DNA of 64,000 nucleotides from Candidatus Asgardarchaeum abyssi (GCA_040225955.1 JBECUL010000003.1:11952-75951); one strand, 5' to 3'. Shown: positions 47,435 through 58,455, numbered from the stretch's first letter. Notes: a model not told the origin generated them from the letters alone. Program-made: numbers and translations.

Positions 47435-50246
47435 TTATATCTTAAGCAATATAATTGAAAGAAAGGCAAACACAGCAACATTCTTAATAATTTCTATACT
47501 CACAGTAAGCCTAATTACCTCCTCTTATTTTTATTCCGTTCATTCCAGATCTGCAATACTGGAAGAGGGGCTGTCAGACGTTTATGTTGACGGTCAGATT
47601 AAAGTATATCACAGATACGCTAAGCAATTTAATGTAAGTATACCTCCCGGTGACGTAATTTCTTATATTAAGGAGAACTTTACTATGGTTTCTGAGTATT
47701 GCACACTTTTTGATATGTTTTCTCTCTTAAACGTAACAATAAAAGAAGAACATGAATATTTGGAAGAACCAGTATACTACAAACCATCTGTAGCTATAAC
47801 ATTTATCGGAGAGAACTTTACTCGAACAACAATTAAAAATTCTATTGACTCATCTGTGGATCTCGTTGAGCTTAAAGAGAATGAGCTTCTATTGAACGAG
47901 CGATCATGGCTATTTGAATACCTAGCAAAATATGTTGGTCAGAGCATACAGATAATTGTTACATATTATAAATATAATAATTCCCAAGCGTATCCCTATA
48001 TCTATACAGCTAATTTTAGTATCGTTGGAACATTCATGCCAAATTCTGGAGTTGAAGCATTTGATGTTGACTGGGGTACTCTCTTAGGAAACTATGAAGG
48101 CCTTAAATATATTCTGTCTAACGGTTCAAGAATTTCACCAGCTTTGAACGAATCGGTTGATTATCGGATTGCTATTAAATTTGATAGAAAACAAATTTTT
48201 TCTAAGGACTTTCAACAAATATTTAATGAAATTAAACGATTTAGAAATAAAGTAGAAATCTATTTCTCTCCTTTCGTATCGGTATCTGTTTATATTTGGG
48301 AAATTACCGATAGCTATATGTTCTGGCAAATGCAAGAGCTCTTTACCTTAGTGGCTTTCTCGTTGCCCTCATTGATTCTTGCTTGGATAGTTCTGAGATT
48401 CAAGTTCGAAACAACAGCAATTCGGAGAAGGAGGGAAATTTCAGCTCTAAAGACAAGAGGATTCACAAACAGAATGATTATTCTGTTAATGGTTACCGAG
48501 ATTCTAATATATTCACTCATATCAACGTTGATCGCGATACCGTTAGGTAACCTAATTAGTATTATAATTTTAGAAATATCTAATGTCCATATAGGGTTTT
48601 CTCTTCCTTCCTTGCTTTTATCTTCATTTTCAGATATACGAGTGTTCATAATAGTATTCGCTATATCGTTCACTCTACTCTTTCTCTCATCGGTTGGCGT
48701 TATGCTATATGCGATATCTGTTGAAGCTGCTGAAGCAAGAAGATATTATGTTGCTGAACTAGAAGAGATCAAATTATCCCCCTTCGAGATGGTGCTCCTA
48801 GTATTTTCTATGTTATTTGCGTTACCAATAATTGGCTTTGCTGGTTCATTCTTCTTCAGTATTATTTTAGGCGGATTTGTTTATGGTTTATTATACGCTC
48901 CGCCGGAGTTTTATATACTCTTTGCCATACCAATTATGTTCTTCATAATAATGGTCCACATATTGCTGAAAGCTGGTGCAAAAATAGTAGTGTACATCAA
49001 AAGGAGCATAATTGGCCGGATCAAAGGTTATCAAGGCTCTCCCATTTTAAGAGTTATCTCCAGATATATACAACATAGAATGAAAACCGAAGGCTTTGCA
49101 ATATTGGCCTTGATGCTCGTTATAACCCTTGCATTCATATCAGTAAGTTTAGCGGTAATGGGTGATAATTACATCCATGATATTTCTTACTATTACACCG
49201 GATCAGATATATCATTCGGAATAAATAATAAATGGTTTAATGAAACCGAGTATATTCTAAACGAGACTTTGCATATAGATGGTGTCAGTAATGCCGCTGT
49301 CATATATGTTGGCCATGGTGATTACGCTATTCAGAGAGAATATTATGTAGAAAGCGGCTTCTGTCTCGTTATTGCAATTGATGAAAAATTCCTTGACGTT
49401 GCTTATACGGAGGGCTATTTCCTTAAGAGAGAATATATACAAGCTGTTATTAATAACCCAAAGTATGTTCTATTTCGAGAAGAATGGCCACGCCCCCTCG
49501 AGAAAAAGCCTACAAGTGTATATCTTAACATTTATAATGGAACACATGGTCGTATATCCGGCTACTACACAATTTTTGATATCATCGAATACTTCCCGAG
49601 AGTTGTCCCATCAGGCGCTGTTGCAGTTGTGAACAAAGCTATTATTGGCCACACTTTGAATTTTACCAAGGATGCATATATTCTGGTAAGGGTAGATGGT
49701 GATGCTGATGTGAATAATGTAGCAGAATTAATTAATAGCACGCTTGGAGGTAAAATCTCACATTTACGTGTCGCAGAGAATTACTACAACACAATTACCT
49801 CATATATCGAAAACAGGGCCTATTTCAGCTTCCTCTATTTGAACTTAACTGTTATGCTATTCTTCCTAACAGTTGGCCAAGCAACTATTTATATTGACAA
49901 ATTTGAGAAGATGAAAAAAGAAATGGTAGTATTGAGAACACTTGGCTTAGAACCAGCTCAGATTTCAAAATACGTATACCTAGATACATTGCTTAATACC
50001 TTTGTTGCATCAATTTTTGGTATCCTCTTAGCACTCCTACAAAGTTATAATTTATCACGAGCGGTTCTATTTAATATGGGCCCCCTAAGAGATGTTATCT
50101 TTCCTGTTGAGTATATAGTGCCGATTGAACTCTGGGGGCTTATTTTGTTAGTTCTGGTCGCATCTACCTTAATAGGTAATTTACCAGTTGTATATAATCT
50201 GAAATCATTAAATATAGCTAGGGAGATGAGGTATGAGTTTGGATAA
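47412..50246 (+). CDS. FtsX/MacB-type ABC permease (second)
   Basis: RRREISALKTRG, YTGSDI, KEMVVLRTLG. Confidence 0.87.
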   Translation: MKGMRGLSYILSNIIERKANTATFLIISILTVSLITSSYFYSVHSRSAILEEGLSDVYVDGQIKVYHRYAKQFNVSIPPGDVISYIKENFTMVSEYCTLFDMFSLLNVTIKEEHEYLEEPVYYKPSVAITFIGENFTRTTIKNSIDSSVDLVELKENELLLNERSWLFEYLAKYVGQSIQIIVTYYKYNNSQAYPYIYTANFSIVGTFMPNSGVEAFDVDWGTLLGNYEGLKYILSNGSRISPALNESVDYRIAIKFDRKQIFSKDFQQIFNEIKRFRNKVEIYFSPFVSVSVYIWEITDSYMFWQMQELFTLVAFSLPSLILAWIVLRFKFETTAIRRRREISALKTRGFTNRMIILLMVTEILIYSLISTLIAIPLGNLISIIILEISNVHIGFSLPSLLLSSFSDIRVFIIVFAISFTLLFLSSVGVMLYAISVEAAEARRYYVAELEEIKLSPFEMVLLVFSMLFALPIIGFAGSFFFSIILGGFVYGLLYAPPEFYILFAIPIMFFIIMVHILLKAGAKIVVYIKRSIIGRIKGYQGSPILRVISRYIQHRMKTEGFAILALMLVITLAFISVSLAVMGDNYIHDISYYYTGSDISFGINNKWFNETEYILNETLHIDGVSNAAVIYVGHGDYAIQREYYVESGFCLVIAIDEKFLDVAYTEGYFLKREYIQAVINNPKYVLFREEWPRPLEKKPTSVYLNIYNGTHGRISGYYTIFDIIEYFPRVVPSGAVAVVNKAIIGHTLNFTKDAYILVRVDGDADVNNVAELINSTLGGKISHLRVAENYYNTITSYIENRAYFSFLYLNLTVMLFFLTVGQATIYIDKFEKMKKEMVVLRTLGLEPAQISKYVYLDTLLNTFVASIFGILLALLQSYNLSRAVLFNMGPLRDVIFPVEYIVPIELWGLILLVLVASTLIGNLPVVYNLKSLNIAREMRYEFG

Positions 50247-51090
50247 ACTACCACCAGAAGTTGAGACACATCAAATTGTGATTAGAGATCTAATTAAGGT
50301 ATATAGACGGGGACTAGAGGAAGTTATTGCGCTCCGTGGAGTTAACTTTGAAGTAAAAGAAGGTGAGTTTCTAAGCATTGTAGGTCCGTCTGGATCTGGA
50401 AAAACAACACTCGTTAGATTAATCGGAGCATTGGATAAACCAACAGCAGGACGTATTTTCGTAAATAAAAGAGATATAACCCGACTGACAGAAGCTCAAG
50501 CTATCGCATATAGAAGAAGTGTTGTTGGTTTTGTGTGGCAATTCGGAAATCTTATCGAAACTTTAACTGCTCTGCAAAATGTATTACTGCCCATGCAAGC
50601 CTATGGGAAAATAACAAAAGAGAAAAAAGAATGGGCTATTACACTTCTTACAAACCTAGGACTAGAAAAAAGAATGAACCATAAACCAACAGAACTCAGT
50701 GGAGGAGAGGCTCAACGCGTTGCTATTGCAGTAGCTCTTGCAAATAAACCAAAAATTTTGCTAGGTGATGAAATAACAGGAGAACTTGATTCTGAGACTG
50801 GTGCTGAAGTGATGAGTTATCTAAAACAATTGCAAAGAGACTTAAAAATAACAGTAATAGCAGTAACCCATAACCTAGAGGTCGCAAAATATGGAGACCG
50901 CATATTAAGACTTAGAGATGGTGTTATAGAGGGGTATGCACATAAAATCCTTGGCGAAATTGCAGAAGTAGACGAATTCGGCAGATTAGTTATTCCCGAG
51001 CATATAAGAAAGCTTGTCGGAATAAAAAAAGTGGTGCAACTATTGGTTAAAGAAGGTACACTTATTGTTAAGCCTATAGAGAGCGAATAA
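50233..51090 (+). CDS. LolD/MacB-type ABC ATPase with C-terminal AbrB-like domain
   Basis: GPSGSGKTT, LSGGEAQRV, LLGDEITGELD, VTH; tail VDEFGRLVIPEHIRK. Confidence 0.92.
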   Translation: MSLDKLPPEVETHQIVIRDLIKVYRRGLEEVIALRGVNFEVKEGEFLSIVGPSGSGKTTLVRLIGALDKPTAGRIFVNKRDITRLTEAQAIAYRRSVVGFVWQFGNLIETLTALQNVLLPMQAYGKITKEKKEWAITLLTNLGLEKRMNHKPTELSGGEAQRVAIAVALANKPKILLGDEITGELDSETGAEVMSYLKQLQRDLKITVIAVTHNLEVAKYGDRILRLRDGVIEGYAHKILGEIAEVDEFGRLVIPEHIRKLVGIKKVVQLLVKEGTLIVKPIESE

Positions 51091-51105
51091 ACTTTATAGA
51101 GTTTG

Positions 51106-51993
51106 CTAAATATTAACTATTTTTTCTATTTTGACATTATTTAGTAGGTTCTCAACATTATATTCTATTTCCACAAGTTCTCCATTCTTTACCTCAGTGA
51201 TATCAAAAATAAGTTTTTCAAAATCGTTTTTTATATAATGAAGAACAGATGAGGACATAATCCCAATAGCTACTGAATCGTTATATCTCATTTTTACAAC
51301 ATAAAGAGCATAATATCTTAACTTTCTTTCAGATTCTTGAGTGTTAGTATATCTGTAAGTGTTAATTAATGACTGAGCATATAATTTTGCATTCTTGTTC
51401 TTAACCTCTGCTATAATAAGTTGAACTGCAGAGAACGCCTTTATGTCTCCACTCTTTACTCTTTCTAATAATCTATTATCAAAATCACGAAGTACATATT
51501 TCAAATCCTTTCCATTACGTACCTCTCTACCTATGATTTTTAGCATTATCTGGGTATCAGAAAGCTCGTTATAAGTAACATTAAATTCTTCTGTCAGAAA
51601 ACGTCTCGATGTAACACCATTATGTACTAAATAAAGTGTCATATTTTCATCGATAATCTCTTCAAACGGATGGACATATGTTAGTTTTAGTGGTGAATTT
51701 GGTGGGGCTTTTCTTACATGCGCAACTGCGAAAAAGTTGTCATTAAAGACCGACGATTGAACAATGAAATCTGCAATCTTATCCTCATAAATTGGTGTTC
51801 TACTCCTATATATAAGGCTATGAGCATCCTCAGAGAGATTATAAGCTACTATTCCCCAGCCATGAGGATGCGTACGCGGGATATTTTTAAGATAAGGATC
51901 ATCTTCCGCAGCTTTTTTAAGAGATAAAATAGCTGCTTTTAAAATATTTTGAGAGCTTTTCCCTTGTGAAAACATAGCAAACATTCTGCACAT
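51106..51993 (-). CDS. Class II glutamine amidotransferase (YafJ/EgtC-like Ntn hydrolase)
   Basis: MCRMFA (N-terminal Cys nucleophile implies the start at 51993), HPHGWG, AHVRKA, HPF, VHNG, SDT. Confidence 0.85.
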   Translation of the reverse strand: MCRMFAMFSQGKSSQNILKAAILSLKKAAEDDPYLKNIPRTHPHGWGIVAYNLSEDAHSLIYRSRTPIYEDKIADFIVQSSVFNDNFFAVAHVRKAPPNSPLKLTYVHPFEEIIDENMTLYLVHNGVTSRRFLTEEFNVTYNELSDTQIMLKIIGREVRNGKDLKYVLRDFDNRLLERVKSGDIKAFSAVQLIIAEVKNKNAKLYAQSLINTYRYTNTQESERKLRYYALYVVKMRYNDSVAIGIMSSSVLHYIKNDFEKLIFDITEVKNGELVEIEYNVENLLNNVKIEKIVNI

Positions 51994-52192
51994 GATGCTC
52001 ACCTAAAGTCCAACGTATAAATTGCTAAACTATACAAAGCTTAATATACCTTCTGCAGTAACACACATTTGTAATGAAGTTAAGCAAATTTAGAATATAT
52101 ATTATTTATTATTAATGTTTTTTATAATAATAGATTATAGATAGTGTTGGTAGTTAAAATTAAATATAAGCTGGTTAGGGCAAGGTGATAAA

Positions 52193-52840
52193 ATGCCATA
52201 CTATACAGATGAGGAAGGTATATTTCTAGTAAAGCTTGCACGGTGGGCTATCGAGACTTATTTGCGTGAAGGAAAGAAAATAAAACCACCTAAAGAATTA
52301 CCATCGGAAAAGTTGTCACAGCAAAATGGTGTATTTGTTACTCTCAATAAACTTGTGGGAGAGAGAAAAAAGAGAAAACATGAACTAAGAGGATGTATCG
52401 GATATCCATACCCGATCAAGCCATTAGTTGAAGCAACAATTGATGTAGCAATTCAAGCAGCTGTTAGCGATCCTCGTTTCGAGCCAGTAAGCTTAGATGA
52501 GATGAATGAAATTGTGGTAGAAGTTAGTATTCTGACTCCACCAAAATTGCTGTCTGTATCTGATCCAATGGAATATCCTAAGAAAATAAAAATAGGACGT
52601 GATGGCTTAATTGTAGAAAAAGGCTTCTTTAAAGGGCTTCTGTTACCTCAAGTTCCCGTCGAGCAAAAATGGGATGAAATGATGTTTCTAACATGGACCT
52701 GCTATAAAGCGGGTCTGCCTGGAGATTGTTGGATGAGCGAGGATGTTAAGATTTATACATTTCAAGCAGAAATATTTGAAGAACTTGAGCCGAGGGGAAA
52801 AATTGTAAGGAAGGAAATTTCTGGAGAGTCCCACGATTAG
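52193..52840 (+). CDS. AMMECR1-domain protein (AmmeMemoRadiSam protein A)
   Basis: GVFVTL, LRGCIG, AAVSDPRF, EVSILT, GRDGL, GLLLPQV, CYKAGL. Confidence 0.93.
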   Translation: MPYYTDEEGIFLVKLARWAIETYLREGKKIKPPKELPSEKLSQQNGVFVTLNKLVGERKKRKHELRGCIGYPYPIKPLVEATIDVAIQAAVSDPRFEPVSLDEMNEIVVEVSILTPPKLLSVSDPMEYPKKIKIGRDGLIVEKGFFKGLLLPQVPVEQKWDEMMFLTWTCYKAGLPGDCWMSEDVKIYTFQAEIFEELEPRGKIVRKEISGESHD

Positions 52841-53330
52841 TCAAAAAAGTATTTCCAAATAGTATCAACTGATGTATGAACTAGGATCGCTGGCAATAAT
52901 CTCTTTTCTTTTAAATAAGATAAACCATAGAAGATTCCTGCGATTGTTGCCAAAAATACATATCTGAAATCTCCTGGTGCTGAATTATTGTAGTGTGAAA
53001 ACCCAAAAATTATTGATGAGATTACCAACGCTCCTTTCTCATCATCAAGGATCTTTGAAATTATGTTCAAAAGTATCCCTCTAAATGCTATTTCTTCCAC
53101 GGTCGCAATCGTTAGAAATATCCCAATAAAGTACAATATAAAGTAAATAGGATTCTCAAACGTTGTTTTGGGTCTAATAAAATCTATCGCGAGCCCCAAT
53201 GGAATTAGAACTACCGTGAGAATTGCTATGTTTTGAACCTATACCTTGAGATCGCTTTTTTCAAATTCATATGAGAAACCTATATTCGCTAGGTGTCGAA
53301 TTATGAAAAATACGAAACATATACATATTT
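52837..53330 (-). pseudogene. CPBP/CAAX (Abi) intramembrane metalloprotease with decayed 5' end
   Basis: EEIAFRG, FGFSH, AILVH motifs. The in-frame upstream sequence (RHLANIGFSYEFEKSDLKV*VQNIAILTVVLIPLG) is interrupted by TAG and TAA. Confidence 0.65.
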
Positions 53331-53797
53331 ATGTGGCTATTAGGCTTGGAGAGGTGCCCGAGGTACTTAGTGGAATCAAGGAATTTACAAGTGTTGTGAC
53401 GCTATATACATTTAGGAGAATCATAAGATTCAAGTTAGAGGCGATTCAAGATGCACCTCCATGATTTTTCGTAACTTTCTAATTGGGCGCAACTAATACT
53501 TTATGTCTTCGTATAACAACGTTTTAGTGCGCTTCTAAAGGTCGCAACGTACTATACGTGACCCGCAAAAACAAACACCATAAAGAATCATCTCTAACCC
53601 ACAAATAGCATACCATACTATCCAATCCGTGAATACGCCAAAATCAGCCGTGATGCCTCATAGAAACCCACTTGCAACAAGATGTGAGCACACCCGCGAA
53701 ACTCTCGCCCCTTCAGTCCACTCATTCGCTTCGCATACCCAGTAAAATATATATATTAGTTATCAGAGAAATGAATATGTAATATATTCTTGGAGAA

Positions 53798-55072
53798 GTG
53801 GGAGAGGTGAGAATAAGGATAATCGTATATATTATTATAGTAGTATTATTATCTATTACTTTGCATACCAGTATTCCATACATTTCTTTAGGAACAGAAA
53901 AAAATGAAAAGGTCAGTATATCTATTGATCCATTATATACAGTAAACTCATATTCGGATTATCCAATTTTAAAATTTGGTGAGACTGTAGGTGGGTACCT
54001 CTCAGGAACAGGGGATCATGACTATTACAAGGTTTATGTTCCATATAATACAAAAACGTTAACGTTAAACTTTGATGTTTTAGATTATCCGCCAAGTCCT
54101 TGGTCTCTTAATAATTCAGAGTCAAATCCTACATGGTATTGGGGTAATTATTTTAAAATGTATGTAAAATATGGTTCTCCACCAACAACATCATCCTATG
54201 ATTATAGTAGTACTGGTGATATAGTAATATCAAATCCAGCAGCTGGGCCTTGGTATATTATGATATATTCACACTATGGCAGTGGTATATATACTCTTAA
54301 GGCAACAGCTACCTTTGAAACTGATGGTGTAACTACACGTTATGCAATAATCGTAGGAATCGCAGATTATGAAATTGTCTATGATTTGCAATATCCTGAC
54401 GATGATGCAAATGACTGGTATTATAGGATTACAACTGAAATTAGTAATCCATTCAATGACAATAATGTTTGGGTATATGGTGATAATCACCCAGGAAATT
54501 ATTTAAAATATAATGGTCTTGCAACAGAGAGCGCTATAACTCAAGCTATAGATTATGTCTTAAGTATGGCAGATGGTGATGATAAAGTTGTATTTGTTTT
54601 CTCTGGGCATGGATTTTACGATAGTGCAAATAAATATTCATATATTTGCGCATGGGATTGTGGATGGTCTCCATCTGGTTTAGAAGCCTTAGATGGCTTC
54701 ATTTCAGATATTGAATTAGCAAAAGCATTTTGTTATTCGGCAGCAAAGGTTTTTATTTTCCTAGACGCATGTCATAGTGGTGGTTTTTCTGAGCCTGCAA
54801 CTACTAACTCAAATAAAAAGAATATTTTAGTGGTTACAGCAACCACCGCTGAAGATACTACTAATGAACGTGATACAATACAAAATGGTGTATGGACTTA
54901 TGGATTCTTAGATACTTGGAGTGATATCTATAACAATGATGCGAGTGCCTACTTAGAAGACATTTATCAGAGTACCTTAACCAATCCTGATTATCAACAG
55001 TATCAAGGTGATGATGACCCCCAGATATTTGATGGTAATCCAAACCAAAAGCTTAACCTTAATGGATCGTAA
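53798..55072 (+). CDS. Secreted caspase-family (C14/metacaspase-like) protease with PPC domain
   Basis: Signal/TM N-terminus; PPC-like DHDYYKVYVP...PTTSSYDY...GPWYIMI; YAIIVGIADY, FSGHG, FLDACHSG (His-Cys dyad). Confidence 0.85.
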   Translation: MGEVRIRIIVYIIIVVLLSITLHTSIPYISLGTEKNEKVSISIDPLYTVNSYSDYPILKFGETVGGYLSGTGDHDYYKVYVPYNTKTLTLNFDVLDYPPSPWSLNNSESNPTWYWGNYFKMYVKYGSPPTTSSYDYSSTGDIVISNPAAGPWYIMIYSHYGSGIYTLKATATFETDGVTTRYAIIVGIADYEIVYDLQYPDDDANDWYYRITTEISNPFNDNNVWVYGDNHPGNYLKYNGLATESAITQAIDYVLSMADGDDKVVFVFSGHGFYDSANKYSYICAWDCGWSPSGLEALDGFISDIELAKAFCYSAAKVFIFLDACHSGGFSEPATTNSNKKNILVVTATTAEDTTNERDTIQNGVWTYGFLDTWSDIYNNDASAYLEDIYQSTLTNPDYQQYQGDDDPQIFDGNPNQKLNLNGS

Positions 55073-55171
55073 AGTTATTCTTTCTATTCTATTCTGCTAT
55101 TATTCATTATTTATTTTTTATATTTATAATAATAAATAAAATATTATTGTATAATTAAGAGGTGATAAATT

Positions 55172-56698
55172 GTGTTTAAGATTCTTAGATATGAAAAATA
55201 TAATAAAAAAGGAATCGTTAAGATTATTTGTATAGCTATATTGATAACTATTGCAGTAGCTTATCTTTTTACTATTCATGTTGCTGGTTTGCTTAAATCT
55301 AAAAGTTATCAGCAACTTTGGAGTATAAATCTTCCATATAAATCATTATTAAATTTTATAGGAGACATCAATGCTGATGGTTATAATGAAATTATAATAT
55401 CAACAGATAACGATATATTAATCTTAAATGCTACTAATGGTCGTGTCATTAAGGAACTAAACATTTTGAAATATAATAATAAAAGTAGTATGTGGTCAAT
55501 AATAGCTATTATAGATGTAAATATTGATAAGAAAGCAGATATGATTATTCTAAGTCGCTATATGATAGAGTATGAAGAAAAATCATATATAATCTACAAA
55601 ATTTTCTGCATTTCAAGTGATAACGGAGATCTTCTATGGATTTCTGAGTATAACGTAACAGACAATCTATATTTGCCAAAATATAATATAATCAATGTAA
55701 ATGACGATGAAGTTCCTGACTTAATATTTTATGTAAGTGGTTTCCTTTATGTTATAGATTGTAAGAATGGCTCTTTAATTTGGAAAAGGCAAATAGAAAA
55801 CGAAAATTACCTAATACTTACTGGAGATACTAATGGTGATGGTAATCTAGAAGTTATTCTTATGTCTGCACATAGTGTCTACTGTTTTTCCATTAAAAGC
55901 GGTAAACTTTATTGGAATATTAAGCTATCTTCAATAGACGACACATATGTTTACGTAAGAGCTTCAATTTATGATGTTGATAGCGATGGTAATGAGGAAA
56001 TAATATACGCAACATCTGATGGTCATGTAGGTTGCATTGATACGGAAAATAATAACCCAAATCATATTTGGAAGAACATTATAACCAATGGTTTATATAG
56101 ACTAAAAATTATTAACGTTAAAGATGGTATGATCGGATTGCTTGTTTTTACAAATAAAGGAATGTACTTTCTTGATAGTAGTAATGGAAGTCTTCTATGG
56201 ACATGTAGTTTTCATATAGTTTTTGATGAAACTGATGATATTAATAATGATGGTATAGTAGAAATTCTTGGCGGAGATAATACAACATTTTATTATATAT
56301 CAGCAATAGATGGAAATGTAATTTATACATATAATCCTAATGTAGAATCACTTTTATCTAAAGTTTACAATAGTGATATAAGTTCATTAAAGGTAACTAT
56401 TCATACCTCTATTATATGGCTGTTACCTAAAGTATATGATATTAATAATGATAACAATAAAGAAATTATCGTTGTAGCGAAGGTCACGAAATATAATAAA
56501 AATGGAAACTTTGTGATAATTCTTAACAATAGAGGACAAGAATTAGGTGTAACGTATATTGATAGTAATACCTTGGTGCAGGACACGCAGTATATTGATA
56601 TTGATGGTGATGGTGTAGTTGAGGTTGTGTTACTAAATAGAGATATAAATCCATATCCATTTTCAGAATCCCATCTCTATGTATTTAAATATACTTAA
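55172..56698 (+). CDS. Membrane-anchored PQQ-like/FG-GAP beta-propeller
   Basis: N-terminal TM; repeated D(I/V)N.DG..E(I/V)I and D..NG.LLW motifs; very AT-rich. Confidence 0.75.
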   Translation: MFKILRYEKYNKKGIVKIICIAILITIAVAYLFTIHVAGLLKSKSYQQLWSINLPYKSLLNFIGDINADGYNEIIISTDNDILILNATNGRVIKELNILKYNNKSSMWSIIAIIDVNIDKKADMIILSRYMIEYEEKSYIIYKIFCISSDNGDLLWISEYNVTDNLYLPKYNIINVNDDEVPDLIFYVSGFLYVIDCKNGSLIWKRQIENENYLILTGDTNGDGNLEVILMSAHSVYCFSIKSGKLYWNIKLSSIDDTYVYVRASIYDVDSDGNEEIIYATSDGHVGCIDTENNNPNHIWKNIITNGLYRLKIINVKDGMIGLLVFTNKGMYFLDSSNGSLLWTCSFHIVFDETDDINNDGIVEILGGDNTTFYYISAIDGNVIYTYNPNVESLLSKVYNSDISSLKVTIHTSIIWLLPKVYDINNDNNKEIIVVAKVTKYNKNGNFVIILNNRGQELGVTYIDSNTLVQDTQYIDIDGDGVVEVVLLNRDINPYPFSESHLYVFKYT

Positions 56699-57210
56699 TA
56701 GCTATAATAGAGATTTTGCTGCAAGAGATACAAGGAAATGGGTTGAAACAAATTTTAGTCTGCTTGTAAATATTCTTACTGATGAAAAAATCAAACTCAA
56801 GAATAACTCGAAGACTCGACAGTATTAGATTATGTTTTCTTTATATATTTAGGCTTCAAAATTGATGGTATGCCTACTCTGAAGTGATAACAATGAAAGT
56901 ATTTACTGAGTCACATATAAGGCATAAAAAAGTGATAAGGTGTGGCACTAAAACTATATTAAAATCTCTGACTTAAAGTAATAAGATAAACTAAGATTAT
57001 ACATATTCCATTTATGGAGTAACGTTAATTCATACTAACTAATAAATTCTTAAATATAACGAGGGCTATGAGAAAGTTAAATTATTTATCTCGAAATTTA
57101 AAGGTTAATAAGTATGAAATAATGTTCATCCTATTTATTATATTTTGTGCTCACTATTAAGGAGTAATACTAGTGCCCTAGGTACATATACTTCTTAATG
57201 TTTTATTAAA

Positions 57211-58452
57211 ATGGTGCTAGCAATGGTAAATATCATGGTTAAAGATGGAGAAACCGTAACATTATCCGTTGTTGAAGGGAATCTGATTGTAGGAAGAAAT
57301 GCGATTATAAATAGCGAGTCAGGAGAAATCAAAGTAAAAGGGGTAATCATCTGCCATGGCAGCTGTACCTTTGAAGGAGATGTTGTTGCAAAAAGGTTAG
57401 AATGCGATAATTGTCGTAGAGGGGCTGTCGAGATAAACGGTAACCTTGAGGTTGATAGAATAGATATATCAAATGGCTCTTTACTTGTTAAGGGTGACTT
57501 GGTTGCAGAAAAAATAGATATCGACAATAAGCTCCAAGTTTTCGGAAATTTACAAGCAGAAATAATCTCTGTTGGCGGCAAGGTAAATGTCATGGGAACA
57601 GTAGTTGCAGAAGATATTGATGTTGGTGGCGGCTTTAAAGCAGAGATGGATGTCTCGGCAACTAAGATTAGTGTTGGAGGTACGATTGAAATAAAGGGCA
57701 CAGTTATCTCTGAATATATAGATGCTGGTGGCGTAGCCAAAATTGGTGGAGGGGAAGTAACTAAAATTAGTGTTGGTGGCAAGTTTAAATGTGAAGGCGA
57801 TCTAGAATTTAACACTATGAGCGTTGGTGGTTTTGTAGAAATAACTGGAAATATCAAAGGTGAACTGATTTCTGTAGGCGGTACTGTTTCAATACTGGGT
57901 GATTTCGAAATAGGAACTATAGATGTTGGTGGAAAATTAATCGTCAGAGGAACTGGCGTTGGAGAGAAAATAAACGTAGGTGGAAAAGTAGAAGTCGATA
58001 GAAGCTTAGAAGTAAAAGATATAATTTCTGTAGGAGGCTCAGTTAAAGTTAGCGAGGGGCTAATCGCAAATAAAATAAGCATAGGTGGAAAAGTGGAAGC
58101 AAAGATAATAAGAGCCAATGAAGTAAAAGTAGGCGGTGCAATAAAGACAACCCTCGGATTAAAAGCCTCAGTTGTTGAGATAGGGAAAGGAGGAACAATA
58201 GAAGGTTTTGTCGTTGCTGAAAAAGTGAAAATCAGAGCAAAAGCAAAAGCAGATACCATATACGCTGGCGAAATAATGGTGGAAAAAGGTGCTAAGGTGA
58301 AATCACTCTTCGGGAAAAGAATACACCTCAAAAGTTGTAAGATCGAAGGCAATGTCTTCTATACGGAAATCCTAGAAATTGAAGGAAACGTGAAATTCGC
58401 AAAAGAACCACAAAAAGTTGATAAGCTCCCAGAACCAATAGAATTTAATTGA
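57211..58452 (+). CDS. Long beta-helix protein, polymer-forming cytoskeletal (bactofilin-like) family
   Basis: About a dozen ~17-aa repeats [I/M]xVGGxxxxxGxxxx, plus flanking V.G.L repeats. Confidence 0.7.
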   Translation: MVLAMVNIMVKDGETVTLSVVEGNLIVGRNAIINSESGEIKVKGVIICHGSCTFEGDVVAKRLECDNCRRGAVEINGNLEVDRIDISNGSLLVKGDLVAEKIDIDNKLQVFGNLQAEIISVGGKVNVMGTVVAEDIDVGGGFKAEMDVSATKISVGGTIEIKGTVISEYIDAGGVAKIGGGEVTKISVGGKFKCEGDLEFNTMSVGGFVEITGNIKGELISVGGTVSILGDFEIGTIDVGGKLIVRGTGVGEKINVGGKVEVDRSLEVKDIISVGGSVKVSEGLIANKISIGGKVEAKIIRANEVKVGGAIKTTLGLKASVVEIGKGGTIEGFVVAEKVKIRAKAKADTIYAGEIMVEKGAKVKSLFGKRIHLKSCKIEGNVFYTEILEIEGNVKFAKEPQKVDKLPEPIEFN

Positions 58453-58455
58453 TAG

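Noticed and set aside
53236-53246. In-frame TAG upstream of the CPBP protease as amber readthrough
   Set aside because: A TAA also interrupts the same frame a little further upstream, so decay is the simpler explanation.
57195-58352. 385-aa antisense ORF with PPT repeats
   Set aside because: Shadow of the VGG-repeat gene on the + strand (GTT GGT GGx read in reverse).
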